Below, piece after piece: positions 28,601 to 36,461 of a stretch of DNA of 64,000 bases; the stretch's first letter is position 1, and every line of letters starts with the position of its first letter. Below the pieces are notes generated by a model. It saw nothing but the letters and a program-made list of their open reading frames with translations, did not search any database and had not been told where the DNA came from. The stretch lies in IMG/VR virus record IMGVR_UViG_3300008954_000001; one strand, written 5' to 3'. A program made the translations under genes and the position numbers. This DNA is from a virus (lineage: Duplodnaviria; Caudoviricetes).

Positions 28601-29941
28601 TTTCAGTACCTTAATTCCCCAACCGAGAGGGCATAGGTCAGTTAGGCTTGGCGGCTCCTTGAAAGTGAAGCCCAAACCCGCTTGTTTCATCACATGGGTT
28701 TCGTCATCGTAGGTTCCCATCGTCTTGTGGGCCTTCCATGCGGTGACTTGGCCGGGACTAACATCCAAGAGCATAGCGACTTGGCCTACGGGCAAGCCCA
28801 CAGCCAGATCGAGGGCATAGTGCTTCAATGCGGCCATACCGAGGCTTCGGCTCAAGTTGTTGTATTTGAGCAAGCTGAAGTTGTCTACGAGCGTCTGAGA
28901 GAGTTGGGCCATGTGGCCCTTACCCGTGACGGCAAGAACGAAGGTGACGAAGGGGGTGCCTTGTTGTTTCGTTGTGCCGCTGTGGTAGCCGAACACATCG
29001 AGGACTTGAACATCCAAGCCGTAGGGCATGACCATCGCTGTTAGGACTTCCTGTACAGCCATGGCTCGGATCATGGCTGAACCAAGCCCATTGAGCTTGT
29101 TGTTCGTAAAGCCCGAAATGTCTTCGCCCCGACTGTTCTTTGGCTTGTTGATCGCCCACACATCTCGCAGTCGGCGTTCAGCCAGTACCAGCAGTTCTCG
29201 TGGGTCAAAATCTCCGTGCGCCATCATCTTGGCGGCAATAAGGCGTTGCTGTGCTTGAAAAGTCTTTGCGTATTGTCGCCGCAATTTCCGAGGGGCCTTC
29301 ACAACGATCTTCCCGTTGTACCCTGTGTGGAACTCACGGCCTTTCAGCATCGTGACCCCGATCATGACGGGCTTCATAGTGTAGGGGCTGGTCCCTCCGA
29401 AGATGACATCCCCAAGGGTCTTGCAGTTGTCCACGCTAAGACCGCCACAAAAATCCATATGGGCGACGTTGTACCGAGTGTGCGGCATCTGTGCGATAGC
29501 TCCCGCTTCCCCGAAATCGAACTTGGGGTGCAACCCCAAACCCAAGCACTTCATCTTCGTATCTGTGATGGCTTTGCGGGAAACATCAACCGCTACGGCC
29601 TTGCGCTCATCCATCTTCCAACCGTTGAGGGTCAGAATATCCCCGCCTTCTCCCGCAAGGACCAATGCGCCTTCGTAGCGTTGTTCCAGTAATGTCATCC
29701 AAGTCCGAATAGAGTTCCACATTCGGACACGGACAATCCGTTTACCCGGACTGTCTCCCTTGTACGTGGATTCCTTAGACTTGACGGAAGGGGCAATCGG
29801 AAATGAGTCGTTGGTTCGCAATGTTTTCGACGCTCTCGGAAAATAGACTGTTGGTGAGATTGATTCCCCACAAGAGTTATACCGAGAACTGTCGAAATCA
29901 GCCCCCCCTATAGAAATAGGGGGAAAGTTCAGACACCCCAA
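28592..29941 (-). CDS. methyltransferase-like (Rossmann) protein with C-terminal HTH; true start probably near 29820
   Basis: ALVLAGEGGD, AVAVD, HMDFCG; C-terminal VAMLLDVSPGQVTAWK HTH; promoter motif lies inside the first annotated codons. Confidence 0.55.
   Translation of the reverse strand: MGCLNFPPISIGGADFDSSRYNSCGESISPTVYFPRASKTLRTNDSFPIAPSVKSKESTYKGDSPGKRIVRVRMWNSIRTWMTLLEQRYEGALVLAGEGGDILTLNGWKMDERKAVAVDVSRKAITDTKMKCLGLGLHPKFDFGEAGAIAQMPHTRYNVAHMDFCGGLSVDNCKTLGDVIFGGTSPYTMKPVMIGVTMLKGREFHTGYNGKIVVKAPRKLRRQYAKTFQAQQRLIAAKMMAHGDFDPRELLVLAERRLRDVWAINKPKNSRGEDISGFTNNKLNGLGSAMIRAMAVQEVLTAMVMPYGLDVQVLDVFGYHSGTTKQQGTPFVTFVLAVTGKGHMAQLSQTLVDNFSLLKYNNLSRSLGMAALKHYALDLAVGLPVGQVAMLLDVSPGQVTAWKAHKTMGTYDDETHVMKQAGLGFTFKEPPSLTDLCPLGWGIKVLKGG
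29876..29908 (-). promoter_or_regulatory. phage early-type promoter motif
   Basis: GGGGGGGCTGAT-N11-TCGGTATAAC. Confidence 0.8.
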
Positions 29942-30264
29942 CCCATTGAGTGAACCTTGTCACCACAACAAGGACAGTGGTGCTCACCGTTCTTTTCTAC
30001 AGCTTCTTGCCCGTCGTGGAACTGAAGCCAGTTACAGTGCTTACCTGAAGTCTTAGCTTCTTCGATATGCTTGCAGTGCTTACCCTTGCCATACTTATAG
30101 CTACGGCAATCACACGAGTAGTCGTATTGGAAGTCAAAGCGGTTCTTGTGCGCCCAATTGTTCCATTGGACATTGTAAGTAGCACCCTTGGAGCCTTTGA
30201 TGGTGGTCGCCCAAGTTTCAGAGGTGTTACAGTGCCAGTAATATTGTGTTGTCAAATCAGGCAT
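29929..30264 (-). CDS. SWIM zinc-finger protein with C-terminal CxxC
   Basis: YSCDCRSY...CKHI and CPCC; ATG 30264. Confidence 0.75.
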   Translation of the reverse strand: MPDLTTQYYWHCNTSETWATTIKGSKGATYNVQWNNWAHKNRFDFQYDYSCDCRSYKYGKGKHCKHIEEAKTSGKHCNWLQFHDGQEAVEKNGEHHCPCCGDKVHSMGWGV

Positions 30265-30433
30265 AACTTTCTCCTTCCTGACAGAGTTTCCGAGACCGCT
30301 GACGAAGCGACTTTTCAACCCCTCGTTTATGGGCTTTAGCTTTTTGAGCACTACGCCCACCACCGCCACGGTGGAATTGCCCGTCAATATCTTTTCGGGT
30401 CTTAAACAGTTTGGCTTTACCTTGTTTCAACAT
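30257..30433 (-). CDS. small basic protein
   Basis: GAGG SD, ATG 30433, K/R-rich. Confidence 0.55.
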   Translation of the reverse strand: MLKQGKAKLFKTRKDIDGQFHRGGGGRSAQKAKAHKRGVEKSLRQRSRKLCQEGESYA

Positions 30434-30447
30434 TTTATTCCTCTTTT

Positions 30448-30481
30448 GTATTACCGACAAGTGGAAAGATTAGCCCCCCCC
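30448..30481 (-). promoter_or_regulatory. phage early-type promoter motif
   Basis: GGGGGGGCTAAT-N11-TCGGTAATAC. Confidence 0.8.
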
Positions 30482-30504
30482 ACACACGAAAGAGGGGACT
30501 AACC

Positions 30505-31152
30505 TTAGAAGGAGTGGATAAGGGCCTTACCCGACCCGTTAATGAACTGAATGCCCATTTCAGACACAGACCCTTGGGTCTCGTGAATGTGTCCAAAGAA
30601 GTGAGCACAAACCTTGTGATTCTGCCAAGTTAGGGTCGAAGTGATCTGAGCGATCCCCCCACCGTGAGCCTTGTCATCCAAGATCCCCGCCGCTGGTGCG
30701 TGGGTCACAAGTACGTCAGGGTCGGATGCAAACACACCCTCCACGATGGAAGTGAAGTCAGGCCCGAAGGTCTCACCGTTCCACTCACCTGCGATCCAAG
30801 GCACTTCCCTACAACCAGCGAAGGTCAAACCATTCGTGTTCACAGGGCCGTCAGACAGGTCGTAAGCCTCTCCACCAGCATCCCGAACCAGAGCCGCCAG
30901 ACACACATAGTCGTGGTTGCCACCAACGCTAATCAGGGGCCGACCATTGAGAGCCTTGACGATTCGCTCTCCAAGGTTCTTGAACCCAAACCACTTGGTC
31001 TGGTGCCGTACCTCAATAGCCCTCTCGCCACGGGTCTTGTTAGGGAAGAAGTCCCCCGTGTCAATCCACAGGTCGTACCCGTCAGTAGCCAGTGCCTTGA
31101 GCGCAACCTTGTACTGTCCGTGCAGATCCGAAGTGTGAAGAATGTTGACCAT
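30505..31152 (-). CDS. metallophosphoesterase (Icc/MPPED-like)
   Basis: SDLHG, DTGD, GNHD, VTHAP, GHIHE; ATG 31152 with GAGAGG SD. Confidence 0.9.
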   Translation of the reverse strand: MVNILHTSDLHGQYKVALKALATDGYDLWIDTGDFFPNKTRGERAIEVRHQTKWFGFKNLGERIVKALNGRPLISVGGNHDYVCLAALVRDAGGEAYDLSDGPVNTNGLTFAGCREVPWIAGEWNGETFGPDFTSIVEGVFASDPDVLVTHAPAAGILDDKAHGGGIAQITSTLTWQNHKVCAHFFGHIHETQGSVSEMGIQFINGSGKALIHSF

Positions 31153-31177
31153 GACTACCTCTCTTGTCCTCTCACTT

Positions 31178-31208
31178 AGACTACCGATAAGAACCCTAAT
31201 CAGCCCCC
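31178..31208 (-). promoter_or_regulatory. phage early-type promoter motif
   Basis: GGGGGCTGAT-N11-TCGGTAGTCT. Confidence 0.8.
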
Positions 31209-31308
31209 ATTTTTGAGGCCCCAGAAACCCCTTTACTACGTAAAGGGGTTTCTGAATTGATCCCAGATCCTTCGGGCCGATTGATCTCGGCTGTTCGGGT
31301 TTCCCTGT

Positions 31309-31339
31309 GGGGGCCGATCTATATGGGGGTCGGTAGACC
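31309..31339 (+). promoter_or_regulatory. phage early-type promoter motif driving the RNA genes
   Basis: GGGGGCCGAT-N11-TCGGTAGACC. Confidence 0.75.
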
Positions 31340-31437
31340 AAGTGTAAGCGAAAGGTCGTGGGTTCGAGTCCCATCCCGTCATAAGGCGGGTAGCTCAGTT
31401 ACCGCTGTGCGGAGGGAGAGCGTTCACTTACACTTGG
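31338..31437 (+). ncRNA. circularly permuted tRNA-like RNA (Y RNA/YrlA-like)
   Basis: Order is helix 5' strand, variable loop AGGTC, T arm GTGGG-TTCGAGT-CCCAT, acceptor hairpin CCCGTC-ATAA-GGCGGG, TA, D arm GCTC...GAGC, helix 3' strand; CCAAGTGTAAG 31338-31348 is the exact reverse complement of 31427-31437. Confidence 0.75.
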
Positions 31438-31512
31438 GCCACTTAGCTCATCAGAGAGAGCACCTGTTTTGCAATCAGGAGGTGACGGGTTTGAGTCCCG
31501 TAGGGTCCACCA
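31436..31512 (+). tRNA. trnA: tRNA-Ala(UGC), CCA-encoded
   Basis: GGGCC(A)CT/AGGGTCC acceptor with G3:U70, GCTC/GAGC D stem, CCTGT-TTTGCAA-TCAGG anticodon arm, ACGGG-TTTGAGT-CCCGT T arm, ACCA end. Confidence 0.85.
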
Positions 31513-31552
31513 ATCATTATCAGTGCGGTCACTCCGCCGCACACCTCCAACG

Positions 31553-31598
31553 GAAAAACCCTCTGCCCCCTATCTTCGGGTCAGGGGGTTTTTCTTTT
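31553..31598 (+). terminator. intrinsic terminator after the RNA genes
   Basis: AAAAACCC..GCCC-...TTCG...-GGTCAGGGGGTTTTTCTTTT imperfect hairpin with T tract. Confidence 0.6.
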
Positions 31599-31610
31599 AG
31601 GGTAAGCCAA

Positions 31611-31640
31611 GGGGCTGTTCCAAAATGGAATCGGTAGACC
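31611..31640 (+). promoter_or_regulatory. phage early-type promoter motif
   Basis: GGGGCTGTT-N11-TCGGTAGACC. Confidence 0.7.
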
Positions 31641-31717
31641 AAGCACAAGGTAAAACGCCTTGTATCTTTGACAACTGAATATGAGCCAAAACTAAACCAA
31701 AAGGAGGTGATGAGAGA

Positions 31718-32071
31718 ATGGCAAATCGCTCAATGTTTGAGCGAGAGGCAATACGGTTTGAGGAAACCGCAACCGAACCGACGAACCATTGTGTTCGTCG
31801 CCAGTGGTGGAGAAAGCAGAGCTTTCAAATCACTGATGATGGTCGATACGAAGACTACTGTCAGTGTGAGAGTTGCAACTTCGATTACGGGCCTGACCCG
31901 TGGTACGAACCTCGGCTATCCCAAATCATTTGGGACTGCATCTTCCACGAAGACGGTCGGTTTCGGGAAACGACGGTTAGTCTCGACTTCCTGTCCCCTT
32001 ACTACTGGGACAGTATCGAGGAGAACCACCCTGAAATCGGGATCGTTTTCCACCGTAAGCCTCTTTTCTGA
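31718..32071 (+). CDS. hypothetical protein
   Basis: AAGGAGGTGA SD upstream; CQCESC motif. Confidence 0.65.
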   Translation: MANRSMFEREAIRFEETATEPTNHCVRRQWWRKQSFQITDDGRYEDYCQCESCNFDYGPDPWYEPRLSQIIWDCIFHEDGRFRETTVSLDFLSPYYWDSIEENHPEIGIVFHRKPLF

Positions 32072-32152
32072 TTCGGGATAGCATCTGGATCAGATCGCTG
32101 AGTAAGACTCGGAGTTGACCCCAACTTGGCAACAGAAGGGGATGTAGAATTA

Positions 32153-32187
32153 GGGGGGGGGCTAATCTGAACCCTCGTCGGTACTAC
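32153..32187 (+). promoter_or_regulatory. phage early-type promoter motif
   Basis: GGGGGGGGGCTAAT-N11-TCGGTACTAC. Confidence 0.8.
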
Positions 32188-32189
32188 AA

Positions 32190-32495
32190 GAGAATCGATA
32201 TTTGAAAGTTTGTTTGTGGCACCTCCATGGCACCTTCCATGTGCCTGCAATAGCGAAGTCGTAAGCCTTGCCACTGCATCGAGCCTCCCTGAATAAGGGC
32301 ACGGGCATTATTCGATGTGCATAGGGCCTCCACAATGGAACGGCAGGTAATCCCTGTCGTCAGACAAGCTGGTGGAAGCGAGTCTCATGTGGATACACAA
32401 CTTTGGGTGAAAGAGTTAGGCGTGGCTCTTTATCCCAACCCCTCGATCCCCCCTCTCTGACCGTGATTCCGGCATGGTAAGAGAGGGGGGTTCTT
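32190..32495 (+). ncRNA. candidate non-coding transcription unit
   Basis: Promoter motif upstream, terminator-like hairpin at about 32449-32496, no SD-led ORF, local hairpins. Confidence 0.3.
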
Positions 32496-32506
32496 TATTT
32501 GGGGGA

Positions 32507-32537
32507 GGGGGCTGATTAACCCCCTCATCGGTAATCT
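32507..32537 (+). promoter_or_regulatory. phage early-type promoter motif
   Basis: GGGGGCTGAT-N11-TCGGTAATCT. Confidence 0.8.
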
Positions 32538-32695
32538 AAGAGAACGGGACATAACTCCCAAAACTAAAGGAAAAAACACATGAACAGGATTTAGGGAGCA
32601 GGTGGGCTGCTTCCGGGTAAAAGCCAAGGTGCCTTCGGGTGCCGACCCCCAAGCCCTGAACGGTTCGCCGTTCTGGAAGTGATAAGGAGGACGCA

Positions 32696-33025
32696 ATGCG
32701 TCGAGCAGCATTAGAGCGAGATCGCACTCTTCGAGAGTGGCGTAAACATAAGGCGATTCATATTCGTCATGCACAAGAGATGGGAGCATTTGCTCGTAAT
32801 TGGGTTCCGGGAGTTTCTCCAGCGGATCTTGTTACTTGCCCTTGTGATCAGCAAGCGGGTCGTTTTCGTAAAGGTCAGCGTTGGCTTTCTAAAGGTGGTC
32901 AGTATCATAATCCTCGTTCTTACGGTGAGCGCACTCGTCAAGAGGCTCGCTCAGATGCGGATTTTCGAGATCAGCTTCGTGAGTTAGCTTTTGACCCTGA
33001 CCCTTTTTCGGAGCTTTCAGTATGA
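32696..33025 (+). CDS. basic hypothetical protein
   Basis: TAAGGAGG SD. Confidence 0.7.
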   Translation: MRRAALERDRTLREWRKHKAIHIRHAQEMGAFARNWVPGVSPADLVTCPCDQQAGRFRKGQRWLSKGGQYHNPRSYGERTRQEARSDADFRDQLRELAFDPDPFSELSV

Positions 33026-33137
33026 CGGGTACTATGACGAAACGAGCGAAGGTTTTGAGAGACAAGATTCGGAGATTGGGCCGACAAAGCCTGACCCCTG
33101 AAGAACGCCAAGAGGCTGTTCAGATAGGACTAATTAG

Positions 33138-33407
33138 ATGACAGAGTGGTTTGACAGAGAGCCGGGAAGCCCCGTGGCACAAGGCAAAGATGACCCCACA
33201 ATGCTTTTAGTGGGCGGGAACAAGCCTGATTGGGTGCGTTTGCCTCGTGAGCTTGGAGGGGCCAAAGCGAAAGTTTTGGATATTCTTGCTGGTCCGTGTC
33301 CGAAATGCGATGGCGAGACCGTTAAACACTTTGTACTCGATCTCGATGTTGGGGTGGCCGAATGCCCCAAAGAAGGTTTTCTTTGGTATGCGACAAAGGG
33401 GGGCTAA
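33138..33407 (+). CDS. zinc-ribbon hypothetical protein
   Basis: CPKC...ECP; ends GG-stop inside the next promoter motif. Confidence 0.6.
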   Translation: MTEWFDREPGSPVAQGKDDPTMLLVGGNKPDWVRLPRELGGAKAKVLDILAGPCPKCDGETVKHFVLDLDVGVAECPKEGFLWYATKGG

Positions 33408-33429
33408 TTTTTAGCCCTGTCGGTAGTCC
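33398..33429 (+). promoter_or_regulatory. phage early-type promoter motif
   Basis: GGGGGGCTAAT-N11-TCGGTAGTCC. Confidence 0.8.
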
Positions 33430-33446
33430 AACCAAGAGGTGATAAA

Positions 33447-34349
33447 ATGACAGATACAGTTCGATATATTCTTGCTCCAAGTGCAGACCTTTCCAAGACG
33501 GTTGAGGCCGACATTACGGTTGAGGCCGAGTACGGTTCGTATGTTGCTCAAGGTCGTGTTTACACGGCAGCGCACCATCAGCCGGGAATGGAGCACCTTC
33601 CCGCACCGTGCAACGATCAGGAGATCCCTGCGTTGGATAGCGGTACGGTTCTGGTGAGCCATGTTGACCTTGATACCTTTGGTGGGTGTCTCCGAGCGTC
33701 AGGTGTGTTCGCTGGCTTGTTTGAGTCCAAGCACCAATCCTTTTGGGATCTGGCGCAGTTCGTGGACCTCAACGGCCCTCACAAGCTCTCCGAAAGTGGA
33801 GCGAGTGAAGAAGACCTGACTCGCTTGTACGCATTTTGGGCATGGAAGACGGCTCTCCCTCGGTTCAGCCGAGACGAGATCACGGATGTCACGGCCCATG
33901 TCATCGCCGCTGGTTCGGCGTTGGAGCACATTTTCGATGGTTCACAGACACACATTGACGCTGGTATCGCTATGCGAACGAGCGAAGCGGATCTGAACCG
34001 AGCAACCTTCGTTGGCACCTTCGCTGTAGAGGATGGCGGAACCATTTTGGTTCGTGCTACCAGCACCGAGAGGGGCTTTTGCAACCATTTGTACGCTGAC
34101 CCTACGGGCAAGGCTCATATGGCGGTAGCGGCTTGGAACAAGGACGATGGTGGTATCACGATCAGCCTTGCGGACGCTGTGGAAGGCGTGTCTTGCCGTC
34201 AGGTAATGCAGGATTTGTTTGGCCCCGAAGCGGGTGGTCACGATGGGATCGCAGGATCTCCCCGTGAGCAAGCGATGACGGAAGACCAGTTCTTTTCGAC
34301 CCAAATGGCTTTGAGCAAGGCTCTTAGCATGAAGGGGGGGCTACTTTAG
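33447..34349 (+). CDS. DHH/DHHA1-like phosphoesterase-related protein
   Basis: AAHH, SHVDLD and C-terminal AGGHDGIAGS (GGH); GAGGTGA SD. Confidence 0.5.
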   Translation: MTDTVRYILAPSADLSKTVEADITVEAEYGSYVAQGRVYTAAHHQPGMEHLPAPCNDQEIPALDSGTVLVSHVDLDTFGGCLRASGVFAGLFESKHQSFWDLAQFVDLNGPHKLSESGASEEDLTRLYAFWAWKTALPRFSRDEITDVTAHVIAAGSALEHIFDGSQTHIDAGIAMRTSEADLNRATFVGTFAVEDGGTILVRATSTERGFCNHLYADPTGKAHMAVAAWNKDDGGITISLADAVEGVSCRQVMQDLFGPEAGGHDGIAGSPREQAMTEDQFFSTQMALSKALSMKGGLL

Positions 34350-34366
34350 AACCCTGTCGGTAGATA
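34334..34366 (+). promoter_or_regulatory. phage early-type promoter motif
   Basis: GGGGGGGCTACT-N11-TCGGTAGATA. Confidence 0.7.
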
Positions 34367-35138
34367 TGGTGTATGGGGAATGAGAGTTCCCGCTGTTCTT
34401 TTACAATCGAGTTTTGCTGATTCCGATGCTTGCATTGGATGAAGCGAATGACCCTTGCTGTCGGGTCATAAAACCTTCGTACCCTAAGCCGGGTCGTTGG
34501 CTCCTTCGGGAGATAGCCAGAACCCCGATTGGGAAAGTGGTCTTCGCAGGCCATGCCGCCCAATCTGTGAGGGGGGATGAGTTATGGGCTGTGGTAGGTC
34601 CGAGAGTCATCCAGTGGTTCTAAGCATGAGCCGATGTTCCACCATCGGAGTGCTGCGAAGGGCATCCTCGGACTTGCTGATTCACTGAGGAAACGGTTGC
34701 AGGGCAATCCAAAGACGAAAGTCTTGGGAAGGGGGTCGTTCCCCAGAATCGGACTGCCGAGTGCAGAAGCCTCTCTGGTTGTTGGAGCAATCTGACAATC
34801 GTCCCGAAAGGGGATAGCTGGCGATCTTCCCAAGAGGTCAAAGGTTGTCGTGTGGAGGAAGGGAGAAGTGTACAGCTTACCCTCCGAGACACAGAATGTA
34901 GGCGGCAGTATTGCTTGCTGTTCAGTGGTATGAAAGTGCCGAGAACAGGGAGGAACGCCGTGAACAGCTTTACTTTGCTGGTGTTCACACTCCTAACCCG
35001 GAAGGGGACAGGGCCAAAAGCCTTGGAGGTCACGGTTGGAGGCAAGCGCATGTGTGCTTGTTTGTCTCTTTTGGGCGGGTCATCCTTACAGGGTGGCCCG
35101 CCCTCCTTAATTTGTGGGGTACAGTAGTTGGAGGCAAC

Positions 35139-35420
35139 ATGAAGAATCCTAACCTCACAGAAACACAGCGAGAAATCGTCCGAGTGTGTGAAGATATCCA
35201 AGCGTTGCTTATCTCTAAGAACAAAAAGTACGGCAACTCTGCATTGGAACCTGTGCGGGTGTTCTCTAAATCCGATACCGCTGAACAGATTTGTGTTCGC
35301 ATTGACGATAAATTGTCTCGGATTTCCAAAGGGGCGGGTCTTCTTGCAACCGATGAAGATGTAATCAACGATTTGATCGGTTACCTCGTGTTACTAAAGA
35401 TCGCTATAAGTACGAAATAA
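35139..35420 (+). CDS. DUF1599 / nucleotide modification-associated domain 1 (Nmad1) protein
   Basis: SKNKKYGNS...VRIDDKLSRI...DLIGY; GGAGG SD, ATG 35139. Confidence 0.8.
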   Translation: MKNPNLTETQREIVRVCEDIQALLISKNKKYGNSALEPVRVFSKSDTAEQICVRIDDKLSRISKGAGLLATDEDVINDLIGYLVLLKIAISTK

Positions 35421-35492
35421 GGTAACTGACAGGCCGAAACTCTCGTTTTCACGGCTATCGCTTAGGCTAACTGTGAGCCTAAGAGAATACAC

Positions 35493-35804
35493 GTGAGAGA
35501 CTTCAACCGACGAAAACTAAATCTTCGCAGAATACTCGCAACCGAGTTGTTGCAACGTGGAGTACCACCCGAAGAAGTTGCTCGGTTATGTAGGCCCACC
35601 GCCACAGAGATTCACAATCTCGACAAAGAAATCCATCGAGAGATGCAAGCCGATCAAATCGATGCGATTGATGCGGAATTTTGGGACGTGATCCACGATG
35701 AGGTGGAAGAGCCTAACCCGCTACTTTTCGAGCCTGTCGTCATGTTCATGCTCTTTGTTTTGCTCTTGGCTTTCACTTTGGGCGTATTCCTCGGCGGCCA
35801 CTGA
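35493..35804 (+). CDS. protein with C-terminal TM helix
   Basis: GTG start; hydrophobic C-terminus. Confidence 0.55.
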   Translation: MRDFNRRKLNLRRILATELLQRGVPPEEVARLCRPTATEIHNLDKEIHREMQADQIDAIDAEFWDVIHDEVEEPNPLLFEPVVMFMLFVLLLAFTLGVFLGGH

Positions 35805-36074
35805 TTTATCAAAATAGAGAATTTTCTATCAGAACATAAAATATCTTATACCCCCCAACTAACAGTTGGGCCGGGATCAAAGGGGCTGATCTCACTTCCC
35901 CCCTTGTTTCGGGACATCCAAGATATAAACTTTCTGTAATTCAGTTCTTGAAACCCTTATCTAAACCAATACTGAAGCTATCACTTCCAGTAGTTACGTG
36001 GGCCGTTCAGCCCAACGACAGTATGCGATAGACACACACATGAGCAGACATAGTTTACAAAAACGGAATCTGTT

Positions 36075-36461
36075 GTGTCGAAGGATAAGCAATTACAACC
36101 GCTAAACTTTAGCGATTACATAGAGAAACGAGAAAAGTCTCGTGGTATCGAGGTGTACCGAAAGCAGCAAAGGCTGTGGGATCACCCCGAAACTCTCGAT
36201 GCAGAAATCATAGAGCTTGTTGCGGCGAAGGAAGCCAAGCAAGCGGAACCTTCGGTAGTGAACACCCAAAACATTCAGACCCAAAACATTCACTACCACC
36301 ACTACCACGACCCCGAACGGCCAAGGGCCATACGGACCCCTGAGCCTCAAAAGAAACCCAATCAAATCTCCGAAGGGGATGCCCTACTCTGGTTCTTCTC
36401 TCTCGTAGGGTCTGTTTTCCTTCTTGGGTTGCTTTTATCGGCACTCTTTTCGGGGAATTGA
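36075..36461 (+). CDS. protein with C-terminal TM helix
   Basis: His run, hydrophobic C-terminus. Confidence 0.55.
   Translation: MSKDKQLQPLNFSDYIEKREKSRGIEVYRKQQRLWDHPETLDAEIIELVAAKEAKQAEPSVVNTQNIQTQNIHYHHYHDPERPRAIRTPEPQKKPNQISEGDALLWFFSLVGSVFLLGLLLSALFSGN

Noticed and set aside
29895-29910. GGGGGCTGATT resembles a tmRNA 5' end
   Set aside because: It is one of 17 fixed-spacing promoter motifs; no matching T arm, CCA or tag ORF
31257-31637. 126-aa plus-strand ORF in the track
   Set aside because: Spans the promoter, Y-like RNA, tRNA and terminator; no SD; spurious
34680-34730. CTGAGGA...CGAAAG hammerhead-like core
   Set aside because: Stem II closing pair is A/C and flanking stems I and III cannot be formed
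35805-36074. AT-rich gap as a replication origin (GGGATCAA also seen twice at 50860-50945)
   Set aside because: No iteron array or DnaA-box cluster visible; cannot be supported from sequence alone
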